Below are positions 17,885 to 26,351 of a DNA stretch of 32,000 nt, one piece after another. Source of the stretch: Microcystis aeruginosa NIES-2549 (GTDB lineage: Bacteria > Cyanobacteriota > Cyanobacteriia > Cyanobacteriales > Microcystaceae). The notes below the pieces were generated by a model that saw only the letters and a list, made by a program, of their open reading frames with translations, did not search any database and was not told the origin of the DNA. Every line of letters starts with the position of its first letter. Within the stretch, counting starts at the first letter, position 1. The translations under genes and the position numbers were made by a program. The stretch spans positions 3,210,001 to 3,242,000 of the forward strand of contig NZ_CP011304.1 in assembly GCF_000981785.2 (NCBI RefSeq). The letters run 5' to 3'.

Positions 17885-17999
17885 GTCAATAAAGCGATTG
17901 AAGAAAAAGGAGCTAGACTAATTTATTTACCCCCTTAATCTCCCGATTTTGCCCCGATTGAAAATTTTTAATCAAAAATCAAGTCAATCTTGAGAATAG
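17885..17999 (+). pseudogene. IS630-family transposase C-terminal remnant (about 38 codons, two in-frame stops)
   Basis: Reads VNKAIEEKGARLIYLPP*SPDFAPIENF*SKIKSILR. This matches the conserved IS630 DDE segment ..LIFLPPYSPDLNPIE..WSK.K. TAA codons replace the conserved Tyr (17936) and Trp (17969). No IS ends are visible. Confidence 0.6.
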
Positions 18000-18161
18000 G
18001 ACTTTCCTTGATTTGTAAATCTCTTACATCTGCAACCCCCTCCCTTTTAGCAATTTCTTCAATAATATCTTTAACAAAATCGGGTTCTAGGCTGACAATT
18101 TCGGCTTCGCTGTTCCCAAAAATACCCAAGGTTATATTCTTCCTTTTTTTACAAAAAATAA

Positions 18162-18198
18162 GTTTCCATTCAACTAATTTCTAAGCGCGAGTAGAGAG
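18162..18198. CRISPR. solo repeat E, 37/37 identical to repeat B
   Basis: GTTTCCATTCAACTAATTTCTAAGCGCGAGTAGAGAG read directly. No further repeat follows within the next 360 nt. Confidence 0.65.
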
Positions 18199-18560
18199 AA
18201 TGAATATTTACCCTTTGGGGGACATTTGGCTAGAGTCTTTATCCTGCCTACCTTTAAACCTCTTTGTCACCCCTTGAGTCTATTAACACATCTCCCTGAC
18301 TAAATTCGCCATCGGGGAAGAGTATACGGGCTTGACAAATTAGTAGTGATTTGGTAGACATAGGAAAATTGCCCGAAAAATATTGTTGACGTTGCCAATA
18401 TAACTATAGCAAAGATCGGGGTGGTTAGGACAATCAATCGCTGAAACCCTTGACCGATAAGAGTTTGAAAATTGAAAGCGTCCTAAATAACCCATTTTTT
18501 GCTATAAACTAGAAAATTAAAGAGCGCATTAGCTTAATCCTTCTCAAAAGTTAAAATTCT

Positions 18561-19163
18561 ATGGCTGAAAGCTTGAACCATAAATCCGAAAAACCTTCTC
18601 CCCCTCCCGTCCCCCAAGAAAACCCTTGGCTAGAAGCAGTTAAAACCATTGTCACGGCTGGAATTTTGGCTTTTGGCATCCGCACTTTTGTGGCCGAGGC
18701 CCGTTATATTCCCTCTTCTTCCATGGAACCTACTCTCCAGATTAACGATCGCCTAATTATCGAGAAAGTTAGCTATCATTTTCATAAGCCAGAACGGGGT
18801 GATATAGTGGTTTTTAGTCCGACAGCCGCTCTGAAAGCTCAAAATTTTCAGGATGCTTTTATTAAACGGGTGATTGGACTGCCGGGGGATAAGGTGGAAG
18901 TCAAAAACGGTCTAGTTTACGTCAACGGTAAAGTTTTAGCGGAAAAGTATATCGCCGAAGAACCTAATTATGCTTACGGACCGGTGACAGTTCCCCCCGA
19001 TCAATATCTGGTTTTGGGCGATAATCGCAATAATAGTTATGATTCCCACGCTTGGGGCTTCGTTCCCCGGGAAAACTTAATCGGTCGCGCCGTGGTGCGT
19101 TTTTGGCCCTTCAATCGTCTGGGAGGACTTGACAACCCCGACGCTGCCACAAATCAGAATTAA
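18561..19163 (+). CDS. lepB: signal peptidase I
   Basis: 200 aa with an N-terminal TM, the catalytic Ser box [10 protein letters not shown], the Lys box KRVIGLPGD, and [16 protein letters not shown]. Confidence 0.92.
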   Translation: MAESLNHKSEKPSPPPVPQENPWLEAVKTIVTAGILAFGIRTFVAEARYIPSSSMEPTLQINDRLIIEKVSYHFHKPERGDIVVFSPTAALKAQNFQDAFIKRVIGLPGDKVEVKNGLVYVNGKVLAEKYIAEEPNYAYGPVTVPPDQYLVLGDNRNNSYDSHAWGFVPRENLIGRAVVRFWPFNRLGGLDNPDAATNQN

Positions 19164-19449
19164 TGTCAAGAAAATTTAGTCATTCTCAATAAATTCTAGA
19201 CATTCTTGACCGGTGAAAGCCTCCACTGGTCTAATATTGGTCTTCTCAATTGCGATCAAAATGACTAGAGATTTTTCAGTATCATGAGGTACAGTAGCTA
19301 ATATCAGTTATCAGTTTTTTAGCCATCAGACTTGGGCGTGAGCTTTTGTCGAACGCTTGTTTCTCCCCCTTCCCTAAAACTGGAGACTTTGTATCTCACC
19401 AGTATCAGAATTGCGACAATATTTGGAAAACTTTTGTAACTCTAGTTTT

Positions 19450-20322
19450 CTATAAATCTAAATTTTCAATATTGCTTTGGGCCATAGACAAATGATCAAG
19501 ATCCAGTGGATCACTGTCAACATAATCTTTTGCGGTCATATCTTCTAAGCTTACTACTAAACCATCAGACTGAAAACGTCCAGAGTTAGGTAATAAATTT
19601 AACCACTTATCTAGCCATTTGTCCCATCCAATGTCATTATAGTCCTCTTGTTCTTCTTCACGAATAAAATAAAACATAAGTTCAGGATTTTCATCATTCC
19701 ACGAAGGTCTTGCACTAACTCTAATTTCCCGCAAAGCTCGTAAGGCTTCCCCTTCATCACTTTGTTTAGTATGCTTATCTTGCATCCGTTTTTGAAGTTT
19801 ACTGACAAATTGAACAAAATCATCTGGAAAAGCAAAACGGATTCTTTTTCTTGCTATCGCTTGTGCTAAGAGTCTTTTTTCTTGATCAGTTACACAACCC
19901 TGTTGACGATTCCATTGTAAGATCAATGCTTTTTCGACTGTCATTACCCTATCGAGATCAGCTACTAAGTTTAGTTTGGCAACTCCTTCAATGTAAACGT
20001 ATTGAGGTCGTCTGCCTTTTTTTATCTCACTAATTTTTTCAGCTTCAATTTCTACCAGAGGAACAACTTCTAGAAAAGGACGTTCACAACAATAACGGAC
20101 AATATCGCAAGTTTGTGTAACAACAACTAGACCTTTTACTTCCGATTTTACAAGATCATTTTCTTCAGCATCTTGCTTTGTAGAATCAGGTGTAAGAGGA
20201 AATTGAGGATTAAATCGATGAACAAACCGCTGTTCTCCTAAAACAAAATCCCCTTGACACCATGTTTGTAACTCATTGTTAATGAGATCAATCTGTTTGC
20301 TTTCCACTGCGATTTTGACCAC
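19450..20322 (-). CDS. hypothetical protein, third gene of the AT-rich three-gene cassette (candidate effector/toxin)
   Basis: 290 aa. The only plausible starts are GTG 20322 or GTG 20307, and both lie inside the 3-prime end of the upstream ORF. No family recognised. Motifs: GDFVLGE...GLVVVTQTCDIV...LEVVPLVEI, KRIRFAFPDDF, and an acidic, W-rich C-terminus. Confidence 0.6.
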   Translation of the reverse strand: MVKIAVESKQIDLINNELQTWCQGDFVLGEQRFVHRFNPQFPLTPDSTKQDAEENDLVKSEVKGLVVVTQTCDIVRYCCERPFLEVVPLVEIEAEKISEIKKGRRPQYVYIEGVAKLNLVADLDRVMTVEKALILQWNRQQGCVTDQEKRLLAQAIARKRIRFAFPDDFVQFVSKLQKRMQDKHTKQSDEGEALRALREIRVSARPSWNDENPELMFYFIREEEQEDYNDIGWDKWLDKWLNLLPNSGRFQSDGLVVSLEDMTAKDYVDSDPLDLDHLSMAQSNIENLDL

Positions 20323-20962
20323 TACTCAATGTTTTAGCAGGTCTAGAACGTCCAACATCATGATGAATAGAATCTTGTAAAGCATCAATTAATATCTCCG
20401 GTGGTAAAGGCCTACGAAGCTCACTCTCCTCCTCAGACAAAGGTCTTAATTGCGGTCTTTTGGGTGGATTACCACGCCCAAGATTCTCTCTTACTTTATC
20501 ATATTCTCCTGATATTAATTGGTCTAAAGGCAGTTCCCCATCAGCATTAGGCTTCAATAATAACTTACGGTTAAGACTTGCACTTCCTCGATCAATATAT
20601 CTAATCACTCCCAGTAATCTATTTAATTTCTCCTCATTGTCACTAGCTAGAGGCTGTCCACTTGCCCAAAAATGAATGCTTCGACGTGAAACATTAAATA
20701 GTTTGGCAACTTGCTCCCAGGTCAGTCCACTGGTTTTTCTGAGTTCATTAATCGCTTTTTGACTATCTTGAAAAAGATGAGGATTGTGCTTCGGAATAAC
20801 TATTCCGCTATTAGTTCTTTCTGAAATCGCTAGTAACTTTTGAGCGTCAAGACTACCAGAGCTAATGGTACTGGATTCCGCAATACCAGCAAACATTCTA
20901 AATGGTTTTTGAGGATTGATTGATCTAAAAGTATTTGAACGTTCAAGCACTGAGTTACTCAT
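20288..20962 (-). CDS. Xre-type helix-turn-helix protein, antitoxin-like (second gene of the cassette)
   Basis: 224 aa with the HTH LTWEQVAKLFNVSRRSIHFWASG, followed by EEKLNRLLGVIRYI...LLLKPNADGELPLDQLISGEYDKVRENLGRG. The ATG overlaps the upstream stop (ATGA at 20962-20959), with GGAGG 6 nt upstream. Confidence 0.7.
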   Translation of the reverse strand: MSNSVLERSNTFRSINPQKPFRMFAGIAESSTISSGSLDAQKLLAISERTNSGIVIPKHNPHLFQDSQKAINELRKTSGLTWEQVAKLFNVSRRSIHFWASGQPLASDNEEKLNRLLGVIRYIDRGSASLNRKLLLKPNADGELPLDQLISGEYDKVRENLGRGNPPKRPQLRPLSEEESELRRPLPPEILIDALQDSIHHDVGRSRPAKTLSSGQNRSGKQTD

Positions 20963-21774
20963 TGTTCACCTCCAAAGCGTCTGAGAAATTCTTCGGTTAC
21001 TGACCATCGGAAAAAAGTATAAATTCTTTCAGAAAATCGTTTTGTATCCTCTAAAATTTTTTCAACGTCAAATTCTTGATTCTCTGAAATAGACATATCT
21101 AAATCAAGAAACCAACTCGGTTGATCAATCGGTTCAAAGACATTTGGATCAAAAGTAGCGTTACCTGGAATCAATCCCCATCTTGCTAAAAGTGTCTCTT
21201 TGGTATCAGGTAACTGAAACAGAGATTCATTATAACTTTGAATAATATGTTCTTGAAATGTTGACGCGGTGATATTTATCAGTTCTGATCTGACTAAATT
21301 AGAAATATTCCCTACATCAATACCCTCAATACGATCAACATATCTAATACCGATTCGCTCAACAAGGTTGGGTTGAATATGTTCATTAACCGCAGTTAAA
21401 ACTTCTCTCATTCGCTCTAAAAAGTCCTGACGACTGACATACTTTGATGTGTCTAAGGTGACAAAATTAGATGCTAATGAGACTCGCCAATGATTATTGA
21501 CATCTGTAAATCGCCAGATAACCTCAGCTTGAGATCTGACGGCATCTTTTTCTTGATTATCAAAAGTTAATTGATAAGTTCGTTCCTGCCGTAACTTAGG
21601 ATACTTTGTTCTAATAGCTTCCTGAAATGGAGTCACAAATTTCCTATCCTCAACGGCCAGAATTTGTGGGAACCGTACTTGTCCAAGCACACACACTAGA
21701 GGTGCATTAGTTAAGTGAACCTCTGGAGGAGTTGGATCGATCAGTGGATTGTTAATACCGACCACTTTGGACAT
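20959..21774 (-). CDS. TIGR04255-like uncharacterised protein (first gene of the cassette)
   Basis: 271 aa. The N-terminal LTNAPLVCVLGQVRFPQI and the central RIGIRYVDRI match my memory of the TIGR04255 family pattern (aPL.ev..el.F ... RiGLRYiN.i). AGGAG lies upstream of the ATG. Confidence 0.65.
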   Translation of the reverse strand: MSKVVGINNPLIDPTPPEVHLTNAPLVCVLGQVRFPQILAVEDRKFVTPFQEAIRTKYPKLRQERTYQLTFDNQEKDAVRSQAEVIWRFTDVNNHWRVSLASNFVTLDTSKYVSRQDFLERMREVLTAVNEHIQPNLVERIGIRYVDRIEGIDVGNISNLVRSELINITASTFQEHIIQSYNESLFQLPDTKETLLARWGLIPGNATFDPNVFEPIDQPSWFLDLDMSISENQEFDVEKILEDTKRFSERIYTFFRWSVTEEFLRRFGGEQ

Positions 21775-22009
21775 TTTAGGCTATTTATCTCCTATATTAA
21801 GCGTTTTTAGCTAATAGAACACAATAACTATCGGAATAACTGTTCTGCATCTCCATTGTACGGCAAGACTGTGAAATAACCAGTGAAGTTTAAGAATTGC
21901 TATATTTAATTTTCCGATCGATTCTCTCTCTACACCTTCCCCCTCTCTCTGCGAGATGGAGTGGTTGATAATGCCATTAACCCACCCCATTTCCACAGAA
22001 AAGGGCTAA

Positions 22010-22039
22010 ATATCAAAATTCCCCCTAAAACTAGGGGGA
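22010..22039 (-). terminator. rho-independent terminator of prs
   Basis: On the minus strand, 9 nt after the prs stop, TCCCCCTA-GTTT-TAGGGGGA forms an 8-bp stem with a 4-nt loop and is followed by ATTTTGATATTT. Confidence 0.7.
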
Positions 22040-22048
22040 TTCGGCCAT

Positions 22049-23041
22049 CTATTTGAACATATTACTCACGGAATTGTCCTCATGGATGCGCCATATAGCC
22101 TCACCCAGAATCGGGGCAACTGGCAAGACTTTCAGTTGCGGGAAAAAATGTTCTTGGGGGACGGGAATCGTGTTAGTAACGATCACCTCCTCGACTATGC
22201 CACTGGATAAACGCTCGATCGCAGGGCCGGAAAAAACCGGATGGGTGGCACAAGCATAAACCTGTCGCGCCCCCTTGGCTTTCAGTAACTGCGCCCCTTG
22301 AGCGATCGTACCGGCCGTATCGATCATATCATCGACCAAAACCGCCGTTTTATCCTTAACATCGCCGATCAAGTTCATCACTTCCGCCACATTATGGGTT
22401 TGCCGGCGTTTATCAATAATTGCTAGGGGCGCATCATTGAGTTTTTTGGCAAAAGCCCGCGCCCTAGCCACCCCACCCACATCGGGAGAAACCACCACGA
22501 TATCGGGTAATTGTTTACTGAGAAGATAGTCCACCACCACTGGGGAACCGTAAACGTGATCGAAGGGAATATCGAAATAACCTTGAATTTGGGCTGAATG
22601 CAAATCCATGGCCAACACGCGACTTGCCCCCGCTTCCGTGATCAGATTAGCCACCAGTTTGGCGGCGATCGATTCCCGGCCGGCGGTTTTGCGATCGGCG
22701 CGAGCATAACCATAATAGGGAATTACGGCGGTAATTTGTCGGGCAGAAGCACGACGACAGGCATCAATCATGATCAACAATTCCATCAAATGATCGTTGA
22801 CGGGATTGCAACAGGGTTGAATTAAATAGACATCACAGCCCCGGATCGATTCCTGAATCTGGATGTACAATTCACCATCGGCGAAACGTTTACGAATCAT
22901 CGGACCCACATCCATACCCAGATAACGGGCTACCTCTTGGGCAAGAGATACATTAGCGGATCCCGAAAAGAGACGAAGACGATTGCTGTCCGACGCGGCG
23001 GGAAACATCGGATGTCGCATCAAAGTAGCAGAATAGCTCAC
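22049..23041 (-). CDS. prs: ribose-phosphate pyrophosphokinase (PRPP synthetase)
   Basis: 330 aa with LFSGSAN..LA.EVA..LG, the PRPP-binding loop VLVDDMIDTAGT, and DLHSAQIQGYFDIP. The track start is GTG; an ATG 7 codons downstream (MRHPMF) is an alternative. Confidence 0.95.
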   Translation of the reverse strand: MSYSATLMRHPMFPAASDSNRLRLFSGSANVSLAQEVARYLGMDVGPMIRKRFADGELYIQIQESIRGCDVYLIQPCCNPVNDHLMELLIMIDACRRASARQITAVIPYYGYARADRKTAGRESIAAKLVANLITEAGASRVLAMDLHSAQIQGYFDIPFDHVYGSPVVVDYLLSKQLPDIVVVSPDVGGVARARAFAKKLNDAPLAIIDKRRQTHNVAEVMNLIGDVKDKTAVLVDDMIDTAGTIAQGAQLLKAKGARQVYACATHPVFSGPAIERLSSGIVEEVIVTNTIPVPQEHFFPQLKVLPVAPILGEAIWRIHEDNSVSNMFK

Positions 23042-23577
23042 AGCAGATTCTTTACCCTCAAACTCAAGGCACTTTTTTCTATCATCTCAGTTTTGTTGAA
23101 AATCTGAGTGGATTTCTTTGTTAGATCTCAATCTTAACCAATTACCGATCATCGGAAATTTTGGGTCTGAAACCCCGCCGTTCTAGGTTGGCTTTACGTT
23201 AGAATTAAAAGGCCAGTCTCGAAAACCAAGTGGACGGCGCAGCACCTTGAAAACTCGGCTTAGGGGGTTCCGACCAGAAAAGCTTGGCCGGGTAAAAAGT
23301 CGCGCGCAACAAGTACAAGAAGCTATAGGCGGTCAACGTACCGTGGGACACACGGAATCGGGCTTCTGAAATGGGGCGAAAGTCTGTGGACTCTGTGTAA
23401 GACAGTACATGGTTTTTTAACTGTGGTATGCGACGGTGGTGGAAGCAGAAACTTAAATCGTGAGGTTTAGGAATCGCCGCACTTTTAGGGCGGCGAGGAT
23501 GTCAACTTCGAGTCATTGCTGCCCCTTTTAGCGGCAATGGCCATGGCCAAATTGCCGCTGGATTTTGTCAAAACCGA

Positions 23578-25371
23578 TTAACGTTTGGCTAACTTTTTCA
23601 CTGGTAATTTACGCAGACGGATCGATTTCGGGGTAATTTCTACCAACTCATCTGGTCCAATGTATTCCAGGGCGCGTTCGAGACTCATATCCACGGGGGA
23701 CTGTAACTGAACCAATTCATCCCCAGTGGCGGAACGATGGTTAGTTAACTGTTTAGTTTTGCAGATATTGATCTCCACGTCCTGGGGCCGGTTGCTTTCG
23801 CCGATAATCATGTTTTTATACACTTTTGTCCCCGGAGTAATAAAGAATACCCCCCGGTCCTCGGCGTTTTTGAGAGCGTAGAAAGTGGCCACTCCTTCCT
23901 CAAAGGCAGTAATCACGCCATTGTAACGGGTGGCTAATTCCCCGGAGAAAGGACGATATTCGAGAAAACTATGGTTCATAATCCCCTCACCGCGACTCAG
24001 ACGGATAAATTCGCCCCGGAAACCGATTAAACCCCGGGCCGGAATCACGAATTCCAATTGAGTACGGCCATTGCTGCCCGTCTGCATATCCTGCATTTCC
24101 CCTTTCCGTTGGCCGAGACGTTCGATACTGGAACCCACCGCTTCTTCGGGTACATCTAAAACGAGGTATTCGTAGGGTTCGCAGGGTTGACCGTTAATTT
24201 CCCGATAGATAACTTGCGGCTGCGACACTTGGAATTCGTAGCCTTCCCGACGCATGGTTTCGATGAGAATGCCTAAATGCAGTTCTCCCCGTCCCGAAAC
24301 TAGGAATTTCTCGGCAGAATCACTTTCTTCCACCCGTAGGGCGACGTTAGTTTCTAATTCTCGCATCAGACGATCGCGAATTTGCCGCGAGGTGACAAAA
24401 GTGCCTTCCTGACCGGCAAAGGGAGAATCGTTAACCGAGAAGGTCATTTGTAGGGTCGGTTCATCGACTTTAATTAGGGGTAAAGCCTGCGGGTCATCGG
24501 CTAAAGTTACGGTTTCCCCGATGTTAGCGTCGGCAAAACCAGCCACAGCAACGATATTACCGGCGCTGGCTTCGTTTAGTTCCACCCGTTTGAGGCCTTC
24601 AAAACCAAGAAGTTTTGTTATTTTACCCTTGACAATTGCGCCCGTATCCTTTACTAAAGCGGCCTGTTGACCGGCTTTAATTACGCCGTTATGGATGCGG
24701 CCGATAACGATGCGTCCTAAGTATTCCGAGTAATCGAGGGTGGTTACTTGCAGCTGTAGGGGTTTGTTAACGTCCCCGGCCGGTGGTGGAACGTGGTGTA
24801 AAATCGCCTCAAACAGGGGCTGCATATCTTTGTCTTCATCTTCGAGGCTTTCTTTGGCGAATCCTTGCATCCCGGAAGCGAACAGAGTAGTAAAATCACA
24901 TTGGTCGTCATCGGCGCCCAGTTCCACAAACAGATCGAAAACTTTGTCCACGGCTAGGTTAGGATCGACGTTAGGGCGATCGATTTTATTAACCACGACA
25001 ATCGGTCTTAATCCCTTTTCTAGGGCTTTTTTCAGCACAAAACGGGTTTGGGGCATCGGCCCCTCGTTGGCATCGACAATCAGGATACAACCGTCCACCA
25101 TACCTAAAACCCGTTCCACTTCGCCACCAAAGTCGGCGTGACCGGGAGTATCGACGATGTTAATCAGGGTGTTTTGGTAACGAACGGCGGTGTTTTTGGC
25201 CAGAATGGTGATACCGCGTTCTCTTTCGAGGTCATTGGAATCCATGACGCAGGTGGGTACATCTTCCCCTTCTCGAAAGATTCCCGACTGTTTGAGGAGT
25301 GCATCGACGAGGGTGGTTTTCCCGTGGTCAACGTGAGCAATGATAGCAACGTTACGGATAGGCAGAGACAT
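23578..25371 (-). CDS. typA: translational GTPase TypA/BipA
   Basis: 597 aa starting [19 protein letters not shown], with [14 protein letters not shown] and NKIDR, and TypA-specific C-terminal domains. Confidence 0.95.
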   Translation of the reverse strand: MSLPIRNVAIIAHVDHGKTTLVDALLKQSGIFREGEDVPTCVMDSNDLERERGITILAKNTAVRYQNTLINIVDTPGHADFGGEVERVLGMVDGCILIVDANEGPMPQTRFVLKKALEKGLRPIVVVNKIDRPNVDPNLAVDKVFDLFVELGADDDQCDFTTLFASGMQGFAKESLEDEDKDMQPLFEAILHHVPPPAGDVNKPLQLQVTTLDYSEYLGRIVIGRIHNGVIKAGQQAALVKDTGAIVKGKITKLLGFEGLKRVELNEASAGNIVAVAGFADANIGETVTLADDPQALPLIKVDEPTLQMTFSVNDSPFAGQEGTFVTSRQIRDRLMRELETNVALRVEESDSAEKFLVSGRGELHLGILIETMRREGYEFQVSQPQVIYREINGQPCEPYEYLVLDVPEEAVGSSIERLGQRKGEMQDMQTGSNGRTQLEFVIPARGLIGFRGEFIRLSRGEGIMNHSFLEYRPFSGELATRYNGVITAFEEGVATFYALKNAEDRGVFFITPGTKVYKNMIIGESNRPQDVEINICKTKQLTNHRSATGDELVQLQSPVDMSLERALEYIGPDELVEITPKSIRLRKLPVKKLAKR

Positions 25372-25522
25372 AAAATATTGAAGTAGTCTTAGGTTTATTT
25401 TTACAAGTAAACATTTCTTAAAATTCTAGCTTAGACTGACCAGCACCGTTAGCAAATCTTTATTTTTCCTTGGTTTCCCATCAGCAAGCTCTACTGATTA
25501 CTGTTGACAGACTCCCCAAACC

Positions 25523-26227
25523 CTAGGCAAGCAACCCACCCTCGCAGGAGTCGAGACGATAGAAAAGACGACTGGAGGCAGGGGGTAGGGGTAAATTAAA
25601 GCTAGAGTGAAAATCCTCTTGAACTTTGTAGGTTAAGCGGGGGGAAACTTGGCGAACAATTTGTGTCAACAGTTTATCACCGGTTTTTTGGAGAATGGAA
25701 CGGGGAATCTTATAAATAAACTTGGGAAACTTAACCATAACATTCATACGCAGTTCCCAGGTGACTTGGGTGATAACCGCCGGAATATCCAGTCCCTGTT
25801 GCCGAAAAATTGCCTCAATTTCCTGACTAGGAGAAGATAGTGGCATTTCCTCTAGTTTCATAATTGCCTGATAATCCACTAGATAGCCCAAAAACGGTTG
25901 ATCGGGAATGGGTACACTGCGAGTATGATAGACTCCATTGACGGGAAGTTCCAGAACCACAGCGATTTTCGGCTCCAGTTCATAGCCAAAAGCTCCATAT
26001 TTACCGATGGTGATAATATAACCATTGTCACCGAAGGGCAGCGTTTTCATCGGTTCGGCACAACGACAAAACCAACCTTCGTGAGCGCCCAGATAATCGG
26101 CAACCGTCTCCTGATTGCTATACATATCCATACATCCGGCAAAATGGGTTTGAAAACCGAGAAATTGATTGTCTTCTTTGACTTCTACAGATTCGCGAGC
26201 TAGGGAGTTAATGGGGGGACGCTGCAT
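25523..26227 (-). CDS. conserved cyanobacterial/plastid-type hypothetical protein (DUF1997-like)
   Basis: 234 aa, soluble, backbone-like GC. The overall pattern resembles DUF1997 as I remember it, and that assignment is unverified. Confidence 0.5.
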   Translation of the reverse strand: MQRPPINSLARESVEVKEDNQFLGFQTHFAGCMDMYSNQETVADYLGAHEGWFCRCAEPMKTLPFGDNGYIITIGKYGAFGYELEPKIAVVLELPVNGVYHTRSVPIPDQPFLGYLVDYQAIMKLEEMPLSSPSQEIEAIFRQQGLDIPAVITQVTWELRMNVMVKFPKFIYKIPRSILQKTGDKLLTQIVRQVSPRLTYKVQEDFHSSFNLPLPPASSRLFYRLDSCEGGLLA

Positions 26228-26351
26228 GACTTATAAACCTGGAAAATGATACTGTCAGAAAAATTTGGCGATTAACCGCCAAAGGATCAGGGAAATTTGT
26301 AGAATCGAGATTAGTGTAACGTATTGTTAAAAACCATTTGGTCAAGAAGCG

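Noticed and set aside
17968-18129. 53-codon minus-strand ORF (LGIFGNSEAEIVSLEPDFVKDIIEEIAKREGVADVRDLQIKE...)
   Set aside because: The sequence looks protein-like and may be the C-terminal remnant of a small antitoxin-type protein. However, only a TTG start is available, it overlaps the IS630 remnant, and I cannot name a family. That is not enough to call a gene.
17990-18184. 64-aa plus-strand ORF
   Set aside because: It has a TTG start, continues the dead IS630 frame past the point where homology ends, and terminates inside CRISPR-type repeat E. The translation is a Ser/Leu/Ile-rich shadow.
18199-18560. CRISPR leader or promoter elements, and TTGACA (about 18332) or TTGACG (about 18386) boxes upstream of lepB
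   Set aside because: The -10 partners are poor (TAGACA) or wrongly spaced (13 nt). No further repeat follows repeat E, and the orientation of any leader cannot be established from sequence alone.
21811-21996. 61-aa minus-strand ORF, and a CTCTCTAC...GTTGATAATGCCATTAAC stretch (about 21925-21985) that vaguely resembles the reverse complement of the CRISPR-type repeat
   Set aside because: The ORF has no motifs and lies in the promoter region of the three-gene cassette. Hand alignment to the repeat gives only the first 8 nt and scattered matches, which is not distinguishable from chance in CT-rich sequence.
23100-23570. Identification of the typA-prs spacer as tmRNA, RNase P RNA, SRP RNA or a ykkC-type (guanidine/PRPP/ppGpp) riboswitch
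   Set aside because: The conserved cores are absent: there is no GAGGAAAGTCCGGGC or ACAGAACCCGGCTTA for RNase P, no tRNA-like acceptor/T-arm or a tag ending in AA-stop for tmRNA, and no GGAAGCAGCC-type SRP motif. TTAGGGGGTTCCGACC and ACACGGAATCGGGC resemble ykkC fragments, but the GGTCCGAGAG and AAAAGCCCGGGAGA elements are missing. The spacing is wrong, and the strand has no downstream gene to regulate.
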